Assembly (NCBI RefSeq): GCF_022045235.1
Contig: NW_027266284.1
Location: 4,154,001-4,218,000, forward strand
Source: Haliotis cracherodii
Lineage: Eukaryota
Length of the DNA stretch: 64,000 nt
Direction: 5' to 3'
This document shows, piece by piece, positions 12,844 through 25,195 of this stretch; the stretch's first letter is position 1, and each line of letters begins with the position of its first letter. The notes under the pieces were generated by a model. It saw nothing but the letters and a program-made list of their open reading frames with translations, had not been told where the DNA came from and did no database searches. A program made the position numbers and the translations under genes.

Positions 12844-14315
12844 CAGGGGTCCCGGAAACGGTCATATGCACCGGACATGTCTGATTGGGAATCTCAAATG
12901 TCCAGTTTAAAATAATGCTTACTGGACATTTAAATTTTTCTCTCCAGACATTTTAAGAAACAAGCAGGGTCCAAATAATTGATGAGCCTTGTTGTATCCC
13001 TTCAGCGAATTCAGGTGAATAAACAGGTATAACAAACTTGGTAAATAAAAGTATGGAATATGATATAAAACATCACCAGACATGATGATTTACCATTTAA
13101 AATGTATTTCCTGCTCTACAAGGCATTGTTTTATATGCAGAGATTAAGATTACCATGTGTATTTTCTCGTAAACTAAGCCGGAAATAGCAATCAACTGTG
13201 CACACAGTTCCTCCCAATCTACTGGTGATTCAGTTAAAACGTATCCAATGATATAACTTCAAAGACTCTTGATGCAAAGGTCGGAAGAAATTTTATCTGA
13301 AATTATCATTTCATCAGGAATAATATATTCCAATATCGTGTTATTTTAGTTACAGCTTAATATACTTAAAATTATAAGAACCACAAGCGTAGCACTTTGG
13401 TACAGATGGTATGCAGGATATTTTTGGACGTATGGAGCGATTTTGACCAGTCACCATTGGGACTTCCCGCGCTACATGTATTTCGATTGCAAAAATGTTA
13501 TGTTGACATTTAATAGTCAATCTGCCTCAAATATGACTTTTAGCGAGTCATGGTACGGCATTTATGATATGTGTATCAATTCTCTTGCAACTAAAGTTCG
13601 TTTCAAGGCATCTCCAGCGGTAATCTGACAGTGGTTGCTGTAGACAACTGTGAGTTGTGCAATCTACTGATCACTTTGCATACCATTTTGCCTAAATTAT
13701 TGTAAACATTATTTTAATTATTGTATGAAATTTTGAATATAATTAATAAAATATATTGCAAACATTAGTCCAGATTATCAATGCACAAATGTTTTATATT
13801 ATCAGATATCATAATAATAGGATTAAATTGCGTAGATCTACTTCAGTTCAGATTTATTGACTGGTACGTGTTACGTGATTGCGGTGATCAGCTGATAATG
13901 TTTTCTGAGATGGGGGAAAACAGTGTGTCATTGAGTGAGTGAGTGAGTGAGTTAGTATGGTTTTACGACGCTTTTAGCAACATTCCAGCAATATCAAGGC
14001 AGGGACACCAGAAATGGGCTTCACACATTGTACCCATGTCGGGAATCCAACCCGGGTCTTCTGCGTGACGAGTGAACGCTTTAACCACTAGACTACCCGA
14101 CCGCCCGGTGTGTCATTGAAAAACTTGAGTTTATCAAAAATGTTAGTAAATTTTGGGAGCCATGCTTTACTGCGCGCTATAACGGAATTACCGCTTTATT
14201 GAAGCGCGCAACAACTTGCAATGTGTGCAGAAAATCGTACTAAAATACGCTATTTGAAGGGGGTGTGGCCTAAATGCAAATGTCCGATTGGGGTGTTAAA
14301 TTTTCCGGACCCCTG
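12844..14315. mobile_element. Non-autonomous hAT-like DNA transposon
   Basis: TIRs CAGGGGTCCCGGAAA ... TTTTCCGGACCCCTG. Subterminal motif atgtc(t/c)gattggg near both ends. Flanks cactcaac/cactccgg give only a partial 8-bp TSD. More CpG retained than in the flanks; no ORF. Confidence 0.7.
13935..14107 (-). mobile_element. Full-length tRNA(Asp-like)-derived SINE with (ACTC)n tail
   Basis: Minus strand GGGCGGTCGGGTAGTCTAGTGGTTAAAGCGTTCACTCGTCACGCAGAAGACCCGGGTTGGATTCCCG (A box, GTC anticodon-like loop, B box). Perfect 12-bp TSD GTGTGTCATTGA at 13923-13934 and 14108-14119. Confidence 0.9.
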
Positions 14316-14505
14316 CACTCCGGAGGCACTAAGGAGGCAAGATATTAATGTATAATGAGTAAGGATAAAGATTCAGAGGTAAGTTGGAAAAACATAATAA
14401 CATGAATATTGTGTAACAGTACTTCTGTTACATCACGGCAGGCAATCTCAGTGTCAGAGGTAACAGCAAATGCTCATGCACCACTTTAGTGAAAGCCACA
14501 AGCAT

Positions 14506-14769
14506 GGGTATGGTACTGACAAATCAAGAAGCAGTATCAGGGCGAATCTGGGTATGGTACTGACAAATCAAGAAGCATTATTGGGGCAAACCTGGGTATG
14601 CTACTGACAGATCAAGAGGCATTATTGGGGCAAATCTGGGTATGGTACTGACAAATCAAGAAGCATTATTGGGGCAAATCTGGGTATGGTACTGACAAAT
14701 CAAGAAGCATTATTGGGGCAAACCCGGGTATGGTACTGACAAATCAAGAAGCATTTTCAGGGTGAATCT
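14506..14769. repeat. 44-bp minisatellite, about 6 copies
   Basis: Unit gggtatggtactgacaaatcaagaagcattattggggcaaatct. Confidence 0.95.
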
Positions 14770-14879
14770 AGGAAGAAATGTGTCGAATATACCAGCATGT
14801 GTTCTAAACTTTTGCAGTAAACAGTTCCGGGGACTCGGTTGACCCTGTCATCTTAGGAACCACAATTCACTGTACAGAG

Positions 14880-15099
14880 TTGTGTCCAATGGGCACACCA
14901 GACCCTTGTGGTTGTGGGTTCAAATCTGGTTCACACGGATAATGTTTCAAGTTTGTCAGCACCATACCTGTGCTCATGGATAAAACCAAAGAGGTAAAAG
15001 TCTAAGATCTGCATCACTTTGGGCTATTCTCCCACATTAAGCTGACAGGCCATGAAATAACTCGAACACTGTTCAAAGTGGCATCAACTCCCTCACTAA
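14880..15099 (+). mobile_element. Old SINE copy, same family as 6949-7156
   Basis: B-box-like GGTTCAAATC, shared catacctgtgctcatgg, tail cactgttcaaagtggc..actccctcact. Confidence 0.5.
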
Positions 15100-16175
15100 T
15101 AGTTTCATGAGTTATACAGATTGTTTTAACAGTTTCACATTTGCAAACAGGGGCCATAATGAACAGTTTCACATTTCACAGTTTCACATTAAGCACTCAA
15201 CACATCTTGGCAGATCATAAACCTTTAACTACATTTCAAAACAAACCCACTAGACACCCAAACAAGGACCATACACTACAAACATAACTGAAAACAAAGA
15301 CAGGCATGTCACAATACAAAACCAGAAACAGACATTTAACTTATGAAAACGCAGGTATGAGATAGCACTTAATTTGATCTATTACTTTCAACACAAACAT
15401 AAAATCTCTGTTTGTCATAACAATGATCCAATTTCAGCAGTGTTTTGAGAAACCATACAGGCTTGCTTTGAGACTACTTCGTGAAGACCATCGGTACTTA
15501 AGGACAGCCTATCAACTTCCTGGATCAACAAACCCAGACAAATATAGCCATGTTAACCTCAAACCTCATGACTATACCTCGTTTTTAATGTAATTGGAAA
15601 AACAGCTTCAAACATAAGTCCTTTCCATATATAGAAAACTTTAATTTAGAAAGCTGTACGATTTACTCTATTCTTTTTATAATCTTCATTTTAAAGATCA
15701 CACAAATTGGCAAAAAGACCACTTTGGAAGATTGCCAAAAGGAATCTGAAACTCATAGTTGTTACTCTCCTGCCACTGTAGCTGGATGATGTAATAATTC
15801 CATGTAGAAATAATTCATACATTTTAATCTTGATCAAAAGGGTTAAGCCTTGAATCTCTTAATGACTAGAATATGGGTCATAGACTGGGACCCTTTGCAG
15901 ATCCATAAAAGGTTTTCAAGGGCGACTATTACAGCTCTCAAGGAGGAAGTGATCTTTTAATGTACCAAGGCTGTAGCAACAGCTGTTGACAAGTCTCGAG
16001 AGAGTTGTTGAAGCCAAAGAAATTTTTTTTAAAAACTAATCTATCTGCTGAATATATAATTCAGCTGTCGCCATCTGATGATGCATTAAAGGATTATTGG
16101 GAAAAGCTGAAAAACATTAAATCACCTTTATTCCTATATGATCAGCAGCACTGATGTTTTGTCAGTGACATGATG

Positions 16176-16176
<1 letters not shown>

Positions 16177-16219
<43 letters not shown>
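16177..16219. repeat. (TG)n microsatellite
   Basis: About 21 perfect TG units. Confidence 0.98.
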
Positions 16220-16221
<2 letters not shown>

Positions 16222-16322
16222 CCTTATTGTTAGATCATTATCAACATGACTACTATCATCTTCTTCATCATCATACTATTATCTCATAATGATAATGTCA
16301 TAATCATTACTTGCTTACCGCT

Positions 16323-16402
16323 CATCCCACCCCATCCCGTCCCATCCCGTCCCGTCTCATCCCGTGTCATCCCTTAACGTCCCGTCCCATCCCATCCCAC
16401 CC
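16323..16402. repeat. (CATCC/CGTCC)n pentanucleotide repeat
   Basis: Direct inspection. Confidence 0.8.
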
Positions 16403-18654
16403 AGACTGATTAAAATCCTATCATGATTGTCACCATCATCCTTATATTTCTACTACTTTACTATCTTCTGCTTTAAGCCCTTCTTCTTCCAAAACTCTTT
16501 CCCTTTTCCCTTTCCTTGCCTCTGCTCTTGCATCCTCGATTATACAGAATATTATATCTCCATTCTATTATGATACATATTTCCAGGCCCATTCACCACC
16601 ATACCTTTGTTTTGACTTCGGTTCAATTGATATGACACTTATACCAGATATCCAATCAAATTACACACTCTATATAACCATTACTAGACTTGACTCAGCT
16701 TTTGCATGCCTTTCTCTTAGTATCAGGTCTTCCCTACTCAAGAAAGCATTTTCAAGTTAAAAGTTCATTTTATTCATTTCCGTGCTCTGGTTCAATTAAA
16801 TACTTGGAGGACTCCATGTGACTGTTTCTAGGTAGATTCAGATGGCCCTTTTCCACTTCTCGTTTGAGGCAGTTTGATTGGTTGGTGATTACAAAATCTG
16901 TGGCACAAGAAATTCTTTGCTGAGTTAATGAGACATTTATGAAACAAAGCTATTCATTGTGGCAAAATGGTACAGTGTCCTATCAAAACAGAATGGAGAT
17001 TAAAATTTCAGGATAATTGAAGAATCTAGTCTTCACCTCTTTCATCCTCTCCTACTCTTCCTTGTTCTCTCTCTTCTATCCCTTTCCTCTTCCTCTATCA
17101 TAATAGAATGGCAATTTAAATTCTGGATAATCAAGGAATCTTCCCTTCCCCCATTTCTCATCTTCCCACCCTTTCATCCTACCCTTTCCACTTCCCCCTC
17201 CCAATCTCTACCCCCCTTCTCCCACTCTTCTTCTCCCCCTAATGAGGAAATCATCCCCTATACACTACCCTCCTTGTACTAAGAAGTTCCACTGCCAGAC
17301 TGTAAACATCAATTATATCTGTCGTACTTGTAGAATGTTTTTGAAATATGACTGCTAAGTAGAACTCCAGAAGATACACAGTCTGTCCAGGTGAAAGAAC
17401 AACATATTGTTGGAGTTGGAGACATTTTCTGGATAACCTGCCTCGTTTTCATCTTCAATCCTGCATTCATGTTGGACATCCTTCCACCAATACAGACACA
17501 AGGTGTGGTTAGATTGAAAACATATTGCAAATGGATGTTTTGGCCTTGTCTGGGTCACCTTGACATGTGCCCAAACACACAAATGTCAGGTTCTGTTCAC
17601 TTTAATCCAGCAGTATTAGGGTGATCTATATTTTTTGTGTGCAAAATCTGGTTTTGAAGATACATTATAAATGTCAGGATTGCCTGAACTTTTGCAGAAG
17701 AATTATTGCTCCTTGCCTAAGAGATGCTGCCATGGGTGCTACTTTTTGTCGAAATTAGTTTACTGCCTACTGAGAAAAAAACGTGGTGACCTAGTCAAAT
17801 TTTAAAAAAAAGCATCTTATAAGAAACCTTAGAGGCTATTTTTTGTAACCTTATTTAACCTTTGATGTTCAAAAGCCATACTTTTTCAAAGTCTTACATA
17901 TTTCAAAAACGTTTGAATGCACATCCACAGAGAACATGACAGTTCAGACATCTTGCTGGAAATGTCATCTACTCAAAAATTAACATGAAATATTACCTGC
18001 AGGAGCGTACACCACCATTATACCTAAACCTCTAGACAATTGTCAATAAGACTCTATGAGAAACATCACCTTGCTTCATGCTGTCTGCTAATCAATTGTT
18101 CCATTGCTCTGATCTGTTTGCAAAGTGGCCATCAGCAGATTGATGTCATATCTATGCATTGTTCTTGAAATCTATTGTTACTGACAACACAGATGATGAC
18201 ATTTCACCTGTAAACCCCCATATCATGTTTCTACATCCTATAACAGAAAGACTATTGGTAAAAAATAGAAATAGCCTACTTGCAGCTTAGGGCAAAATTA
18301 CTTCACTCATACTAATAATTCTGAACAACTTAAAAGTAAGAAGTGACAACAAACATTTCCATAAGTAATTTCTTCCAAAAGTCCATTGTATGATTCCGAC
18401 TTTATCAAAAGCATGTGTTTATGAATCACTGTCAAATGGTGATGATACCAGGTGTTTGCGAAGAGGTGAGAGTGTCCTGCTCTAAGTTATTTCTTAGTCA
18501 TCCAAAGACTGAATTATCTGGGGACAGTACACTTACATAGCATGTGAATGTGTGCATGCATCTACAGAGTTGTGTGATAGTTTGGTAGTTGCAGTCTCTG
18601 GTTAAATCTGTGCCAACTTTATAACTATAGAGACTGCCATGGGAACCACATGCT

Positions 18655-19060
18655 GAATGGTTTTAAAAAATCATGGAATGCATGTAAAGTCTCTATTCCA
18701 ACAACGTGGTCCAGCTCCCTACACTGGCTCATCATCTTTGTTTACAAAGTACTGATGCCTTTGCACTGGGCATTCAATCCTACTTTGCAAGAACTACTGA
18801 GTCACAATTGTCCCTTGTCAGGAACCAGGTCTCCTTCTTCAAACTTGATAGTCCAAATCAGCAAAAACGGCCAGATATGTTTTTTAACAACTCCAACCCA
18901 TGTATTATCCCAATGATTGTGGCCGCGTCCTTCAGGTGCCCAATACATCATCAGGCAACTGAGCCTAACCCTACAGAGAGTTCCGATCACAACATGCAAC
19001 GATCTGTCATGTATCACGGTGTGGCATGATACAGTTGTAAATGACCAGCTTTACATAAGA
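18655..19060 (-). mobile_element. Probable Gypsy/Ty3 LTR-retrotransposon integrase C-terminal fossil
   Basis: One frame reads KFEEGDLVPDK..*..GLNAQCKG..*..ETLHAFHDFLKPF, echoing the GPY/F region (FxxGDxV...KLxxxWxGPY...HxxxLKPY). Upstream KLVIYNC resembles LVHAYNC. Several stops. Confidence 0.45.
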
Positions 19061-19274
19061 CTTGCATGGATTCTGACATGTCACTATTGGAATATTTATT
19101 ATGGAAAAACTGTGTTTTTAAACTATTGTTTATTGGAATATAACAGTGACCGGTAATAATCTAATACTGTGTCCCATTGATGCACCCTTTACAGGTCACA
19201 TTGATTTAGAGGTGAAACACTGTACACTTTACAGGTCCTGCTGGTGTATGGGTGAATCACTGCACACTGTACAC

Positions 19275-19811
19275 GGCACGTTGTTGTATAGGTGTTTCAC
19301 CTCACCCTCCTCAACAGGGCACGTTGATGTATAGGTGTTTCTCCTCACCCTCTAGACTAAAATCTAGTCTCTGAAATGAACATATCGTACATAAAAACAG
19401 TTGTTCAGTTATCTTAACAAAAATATAATAAAAAGGAGCCCAGTGACTCTCTGATACTGCAGTGATCTAGACTTGCCAAACATTATAGACTTGCATGGGC
19501 TGTATTTGATATATATTTGTATCAGGGTCTGTAAGACAGACTATTCACCCTCCTCAACAGGGCATGTTGTTGTATAGGTGTTTCACCTCACCCTCCTCAA
19601 CAGGGCATGTTGTTGTATAGGTGTTTCACCTCACCCTCCTCAACAGGGCACGTTGTTGTATAGGTGTTTCACCTCACCCTCCTCAACAGGGCACGTTGAT
19701 GTATAGGTGTTTCACCTCACCCTCCTCAACAGGGCATGTTGTTGTATAGGTGTTTCACCTCAACCTCCTCAACAGGGCATGTTGATGTATAGGTGTTTCA
19801 CCTCACCCTCT
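19275..19811. repeat. 43-bp minisatellite interrupted by an Academ-like MITE
   Basis: Unit cagggcatgttgttgtataggtgtttcacctcaccctcctcaa, about 8 copies in total across both sides of the insertion. Confidence 0.93.
19353..19543 (+). mobile_element. Academ(H)-like MITE, short form (191 bp)
   Basis: TAGACTA...AGACTA termini; TSD ctcaccctc/ttcaccctc (8 of 9); homologous to 6117-6502 minus the internal 194 bp. Confidence 0.85.
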
Positions 19812-19973
19812 ACATAATGGTACCACTACATAATTGTATTTTGCTACATGTAAATAAAACATTCTGTCATATTTTTCCTATGTCATGGTGACACTTTTCT
19901 ATTGCAAGTATAGTGTTGTGAAAATGCAAACTTCCAAGTTTCTATCCTCACCATAGTCAGCCAAATACAACAG

Positions 19974-20473
19974 ATACAGCCTGGTACATCACTGTTCCAT
20001 TGATGTTTCAAATACAGCCTGGTACATCACTGTTCCATTGATGTTTCAAATACAGCCTGGTACATCACTGTTCCATTGATGTTTCAAATACAGCCTGGTA
20101 CATCACTGTTCCATTGATGTTTCAAATACAGCCTGGTACATCACTGTTCCATTTTTCTTTCAAATACAGCCTGGTACATCACTGTTCCATTGATGTTTCA
20201 AATACAGCCTGGTACATCACTGTTCCATTGATGTTTCAAATACAGCCTGGTAGATCACTGTTCCATTGATGTTTCAAATACAGCCTGGTACATCACTGTT
20301 CCATTTTTCTTTTAAATACAGCCTGGTACATCACTGTTCCATTGATGTTTCAAATACAGCCTGGTACATCACTGTTCCATTGATGTTTCAAATACATCCT
20401 GGTACATCACTGTTCCATTGATCTTTCAAATACAGCCTGGTACATCACTGTTCCATTGATGTTTCAAATACAG
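19974..20473. repeat. 38-bp minisatellite, about 13 copies
   Basis: Unit atacagcctggtacatcactgttccattgatgtttcaa. Confidence 0.97.
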
Positions 20474-20632
20474 TAAACTACGGTCATAACTAACTCAATC
20501 AAAGAGACCACTAACTTTAATTCATTATAACCATAGTTTGTTATAACCATGTGTACAGCATATATACAAGAAATGGACAGGACCAAGAAATGGTAGTTAT
20601 ATCCATCAGTTCGTTATAAACGTAGTTTACTG
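20471..20632. mobile_element. pogo/Tigger-like MITE (Tc1/mariner superfamily)
   Basis: TA|CAGTAAACTACGGTCATAACTAAC ... GTTCGTTATAAACGTAGTTTACTG|TA; about 24-bp TIR with TA TSD. Confidence 0.8.
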
Positions 20633-23344
20633 TATAGACCGATTTATTTTTACCAAAGCATTTCAAACTTAAATCTATAAACAAAAATGACATCATCTAA
20701 GCTCTTGTGTCCACGACCAATCAAACCTAAACCCTTTGTCATTCCAGAAATACAGATCTTTTAGAAGGAATCTCAATAAAAACCTATTTGGGTATACTGG
20801 TACATGATATCAGACTTTCTGATGTTTGTGGACCAACATGTGCATGCCACACTCTACTGGAAACATATGGTTCTTGCTGGGCTCATCATTAAGGAAGCTT
20901 AAATGTGTTACGACTACAAATTTTCCTGATAAACATGCTCATGAGGTGCAGCTGGACTAAATATGTTCGGCAAAAACAGTCCAATCTGCACCTGTATAAA
21001 GCATGGGAATGAAAAGCATCACAAATGCACTTCAAGTTTATTTTTTTAAATTCCAAACATTGCCGTGTGATGTAACTGTAGATGTGTTTATGTGTATTGG
21101 GATCCCCACTTCACATGTTTAAGTTTATTGTTCTCTTTCATTTTTCAGGATTTTGATGCCATCAAATCATATTTTCAAACATAATATTTTGATTACTGTT
21201 AAAATGTTTTTGGAAAAACACCTGAGAAAACGTTCAGCTTACTGAAGAAACAACATGCAATGATTTTAATTTCCCGAAAAAAAATTACCAACACCTTCCT
21301 TACAGAACTTGCCAACTGCCAGATTGCTGATGCAGCATAACACAATGATCACTCACTCACTCACTCACTCCAAACAAACTTTACAGAACTTTACAAAATT
21401 TTGCTTTAACAATTACAGAACAACATTTGGGGGGAATTAAATCCAAATTCATCAGATATATGTCTAATGAAAGGGTTTTTTATGATTTTTTTTCTGGCAA
21501 AATACTCTTTGAAGTCATATTTGGCATCACCCATGAACGATAAAAATAATGAGGTATTAATCATACGAAAACATAATTTAATGAGTTAATGAGTTCTTAC
21601 ACTGAATGAAAACTCACTGAGAAGACAGACCCCCATACACAGGAGGCCAGTCATCATCAGTACAACCAACACAGCATCTTGTGTTGGCTGCAAAAAACTG
21701 ATAGTTATCACCATCTTCTGAACAAATTAACCACCTGCTTCACTATCTGTGTAGACTTTGTCTGGAAACACTCTGTCTTTTATATACACTTTGTAAACAA
21801 ATGTTCCATGATGCAGAGAAAATACACACATTTTACTGCTGACATCACCAATGCTGTGATCAAAAGTTAGATAAACAACTTGAGTCAATTAAAACCAATC
21901 ACTGCATTTCATCACTTTTGCAAATATTATAAACTGTTTGAAAGTCAGACATAAGAAAATTAAATATTTCTTTAAAAGGCTTTCAGACTTTAGTGTGACA
22001 TAAACAGCTGAGATAACAAGTACTGTACGGAGCCTGTTTGTGATGTGTGAGCTAGGGCTGTCCCATCAATGTCTGCTTCTGATGCTTCAGTAGGAAGCTT
22101 TACTACTACAAATTTATAATTTATTAAATATTTTTATTTCTTTACATGTATCATACAATATGTGAAGATAACTGTGAAGATTTTAAGATGGATTGTTCTC
22201 AACAATTTGTTCTAATGTTTTCCATGACAACGTGTCATAGTCTGTTAGAATACTTAATTTCACCACATATTTCAATAAACATCTTTGTCACACACATAAT
22301 TTCCAAAGCTCCTGCCATCTCCTATAGCATCTTTCACCAGTTTTGTTTAACAGATGATAAAGAAGTATCACAGCTTCCAACAGTTTCTCAATAACTCTAA
22401 CAGACATTCCATCACATGTATAAACTTCATTGTCAAAAAAATCCATCACAACATAAAATGCTTCATCAAATTATCAAAAGCTTTTTTAATGCCAGTCTGT
22501 TTCATGGGTCATAAAGAAGCATCACGGCTTCAAATGACTTCTCCATAATTCTCCCAAGGCTCTTCTCCCAAGCATATGTGTATTGGTGAAGGATTGTACG
22601 GCTTAGGTCCAATTTCCTCTCATTAACTCTACGAGGGAAATGTTTGCCGTCTTTGAAGTCCCCCTTCAGAAGGTGTTAGCATCGCGCCCTGCAGAGATGA
22701 TGGCCAAAAACTTGCATTTTAACTCAATGTTTGTTTTTTCTCTCCTATGCCCCCACTACCTGCAAGACTTAAGAGATACCTTTTAACTTTCTGATATCAA
22801 AGATGCTGGGATACTGCAACAAATTAACACATTTCTCCCACCTCAGATCTATAAATGTCAGTTGGAACAGGACAAAATATGGCTGCAAGATTCCTTCAGA
22901 TAGAGCTGGATCATAAACTGGAAAAAACATGTTTTTTCACAACTATCATAAAAGTAGGAGAGCTGAATTTAATTCTGATTTTTTTTTTTATTGGAAAGTG
23001 ATGCGGCACATAAAACATGAACTTCAGTTTCTCACTACAGATGATTTTTACAGTTTAATTATTGAGATTCTTTGTGTATCAGGTCACACTTTCTGCAATT
23101 CAGCTGTTGCAAGCAATTGTTTCATCATTTAACATCCTTCTTTGTGCTTCTATTATCATGACAACATAGCTTGCCTGTGAGGACATGAGGTTACTATCTG
23201 TACAAGCATCTATGAGAATGGTAAGTTTTCAGTGAGACATGATAAAGGCCTTCAATGTAAATTTTGATTCTGTAAACTGTTGAATGATCTGATCATTCAA
23301 TATGTTATGAACACACAATGCTATTTAGAAAGTGAACACATCTA

Positions 23345-23715
23345 ACGGACAGGACTCAACCCCAAAAGGTATGAGAATCTGTACTTTACAAAGAATTGAA
23401 AGTGTTATCCCAAATATAACACTTGTTACATTTTACCACTTTCTAAACGGCATTATGTGTGTTCATAGCTTTCGGCCATGGGAGCCATGCCAATTTGCAC
23501 TTGTCAGAAGGGTACACAAAGTATGTGATCTAGACTACCAGTTGTCAGACTTTCATTTTTGTGGAAGCCTCGGTGGCTGAGTGAGTTAGATCGCTGACTT
23601 TATGTGCTGGCGATGAGGAGCCTCACTCCTGCAGTGGGTGTTCGAATCCCAAAAAATAACGAGAATCTGTACTTTACTAAGAAAGTTTTATCCCAAATAA
23701 AACATTTGTTACATT
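23345..23715 (+). repeat. Partial tandem of a roughly 288-bp unit containing a tRNA-like (Pol III A/B box) head
   Basis: gagaatctgtactttac...atcccaaata..acat..gttacatt at 23373 and 23661; between them GGTGGCTGAGTGAGTT (A box) and GTTCGAATCCC (B box). Confidence 0.55.
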
Positions 23716-23830
23716 CAATATGTTGTTTGCAAATATCCATCAAACCTAATTTGAGGACTGACATATCAACATGTTAATTACCTATTTATTTCTATCTAAA
23801 AGGGAACTAAATAATAATTTTGAAGATTAT

Positions 23831-23862
<32 letters not shown>
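23831..23862. repeat. (ATC)n microsatellite
   Basis: About 10 units; explains the poly-Ser ORF. Confidence 0.95.
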
Positions 23863-23863
<1 letters not shown>

Positions 23864-24362
23864 TTCTTCCAGTATTCTAATATATTTTCATAATGATTAC
23901 CACATCATAGTCATCAATCTATCATCCCTGGAAGCACAGTTATCATCACTCCTGATTCACTGCAAGCCTGCCATCTTTGTTTCAAAGATGCACCCATGGC
24001 TATTGTTCCACAAAATTAATATCTGCACAGTCCTTCACAATTCGCCCTAATGCCTTTAAGGAATTCCATTTCTGAACAATCCGGAAAAAATGTCCTTGTT
24101 AGCGGGAACCATGGGGGGCACCGAGAGATGAGTGCTATTAATTATTTCATTTATCAAATATTCAGTGCCTTGATTGGTAACAACTGACCACTGTCCAATG
24201 TCCACAGGACATCAATCGTGTGTAATGGGGCACAATTGACTGACAGCATGCCATCAACACAGTCACTGTGTTCATAATGAATGAGGGGCAGTATAGCAGT
24301 GTTGGAGAACATGCAATGAACACCCATCCAGCTGTTGTCCTCAACACTTACACTGCAGTCTG

Positions 24363-24573
24363 TGTCAATAGCATAGTCTATTTCACTTTCTATGGTAGAC
24401 ACAGGGGCCATAATCAGTATAGGGTCTCTGGTAGACATCGCATGTTCATGTCAATAGCGTAGTCTATTTCACTTTCTATGGTAGACACAGGGGCCATAAT
24501 CAGTATAGGGTCTCTGGTAGACATCGCATGTTCATGTCAATAGCATAGTCTATTTCACTTTCTATGGCAGACA
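24363..24573. repeat. 86-bp tandem repeat, about 2.4 copies
   Basis: tgtcaatagc starts at 24363, 24449 and 24535. Confidence 0.92.
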
Positions 24574-25146
24574 TAGCTACCTACCAACATCTATTTATAT
24601 TCTAACTGTTTGAATTAAAAGTGAAACATGTACTGATCAACTGATACTGTTACTATCCATGAAATTAACACTGAAACTTAACATGTAAATCACAACTGTG
24701 AAACTGATAAGTTTCAAATAGATTTAATCATCATTTTATGATTGATAACATCAAACATGGTTTTGAGGAAAAACACAAAATATATTCAGTTGCAAAATTA
24801 TATATTGCATCAAGCCTATTCCAAGTACAACTATAATCAATAACATATAAAAAGTGCAGTTGTCTGAAGTGCTGGGTTAAATTAATTTAATCTCTACTTA
24901 GATTCTGCAAACAGTTTGCATGTGATACAGTTCCATGTTATAGTTTGTTATGTTCATTACAAATTCTTAACTTAAACGTTGATTTTAAACCATATACGGT
25001 AGTTCTTACACACATAAATATGTTATAAATAAGAATATATCTGTATCTACGAACAATCCCATACATCATCCACAAGAATTTTGAACAAAATAAAGTAAAA
25101 AATGTCTAAATTGTCACGTCTAATGCATTTAGGAAGAATCCATTTA

Positions 25147-25195
25147 ACACCACACCACACCACACCACACCACACCACACCACACCACACCACAC
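25147..25195. repeat. (ACACC)n microsatellite
   Basis: About 9-10 perfect units. Confidence 0.95.

Noticed and set aside
14035-14107. tRNA-Asp gene
   Set aside because: It is the head of a SINE with body, tail and TSD; the acceptor stem and T-loop are degenerate.
17309-17582. Possible hAT transposase fragment
   Set aside because: Only vague resemblance to the DGAxNM..CxxH region; key residues are absent.
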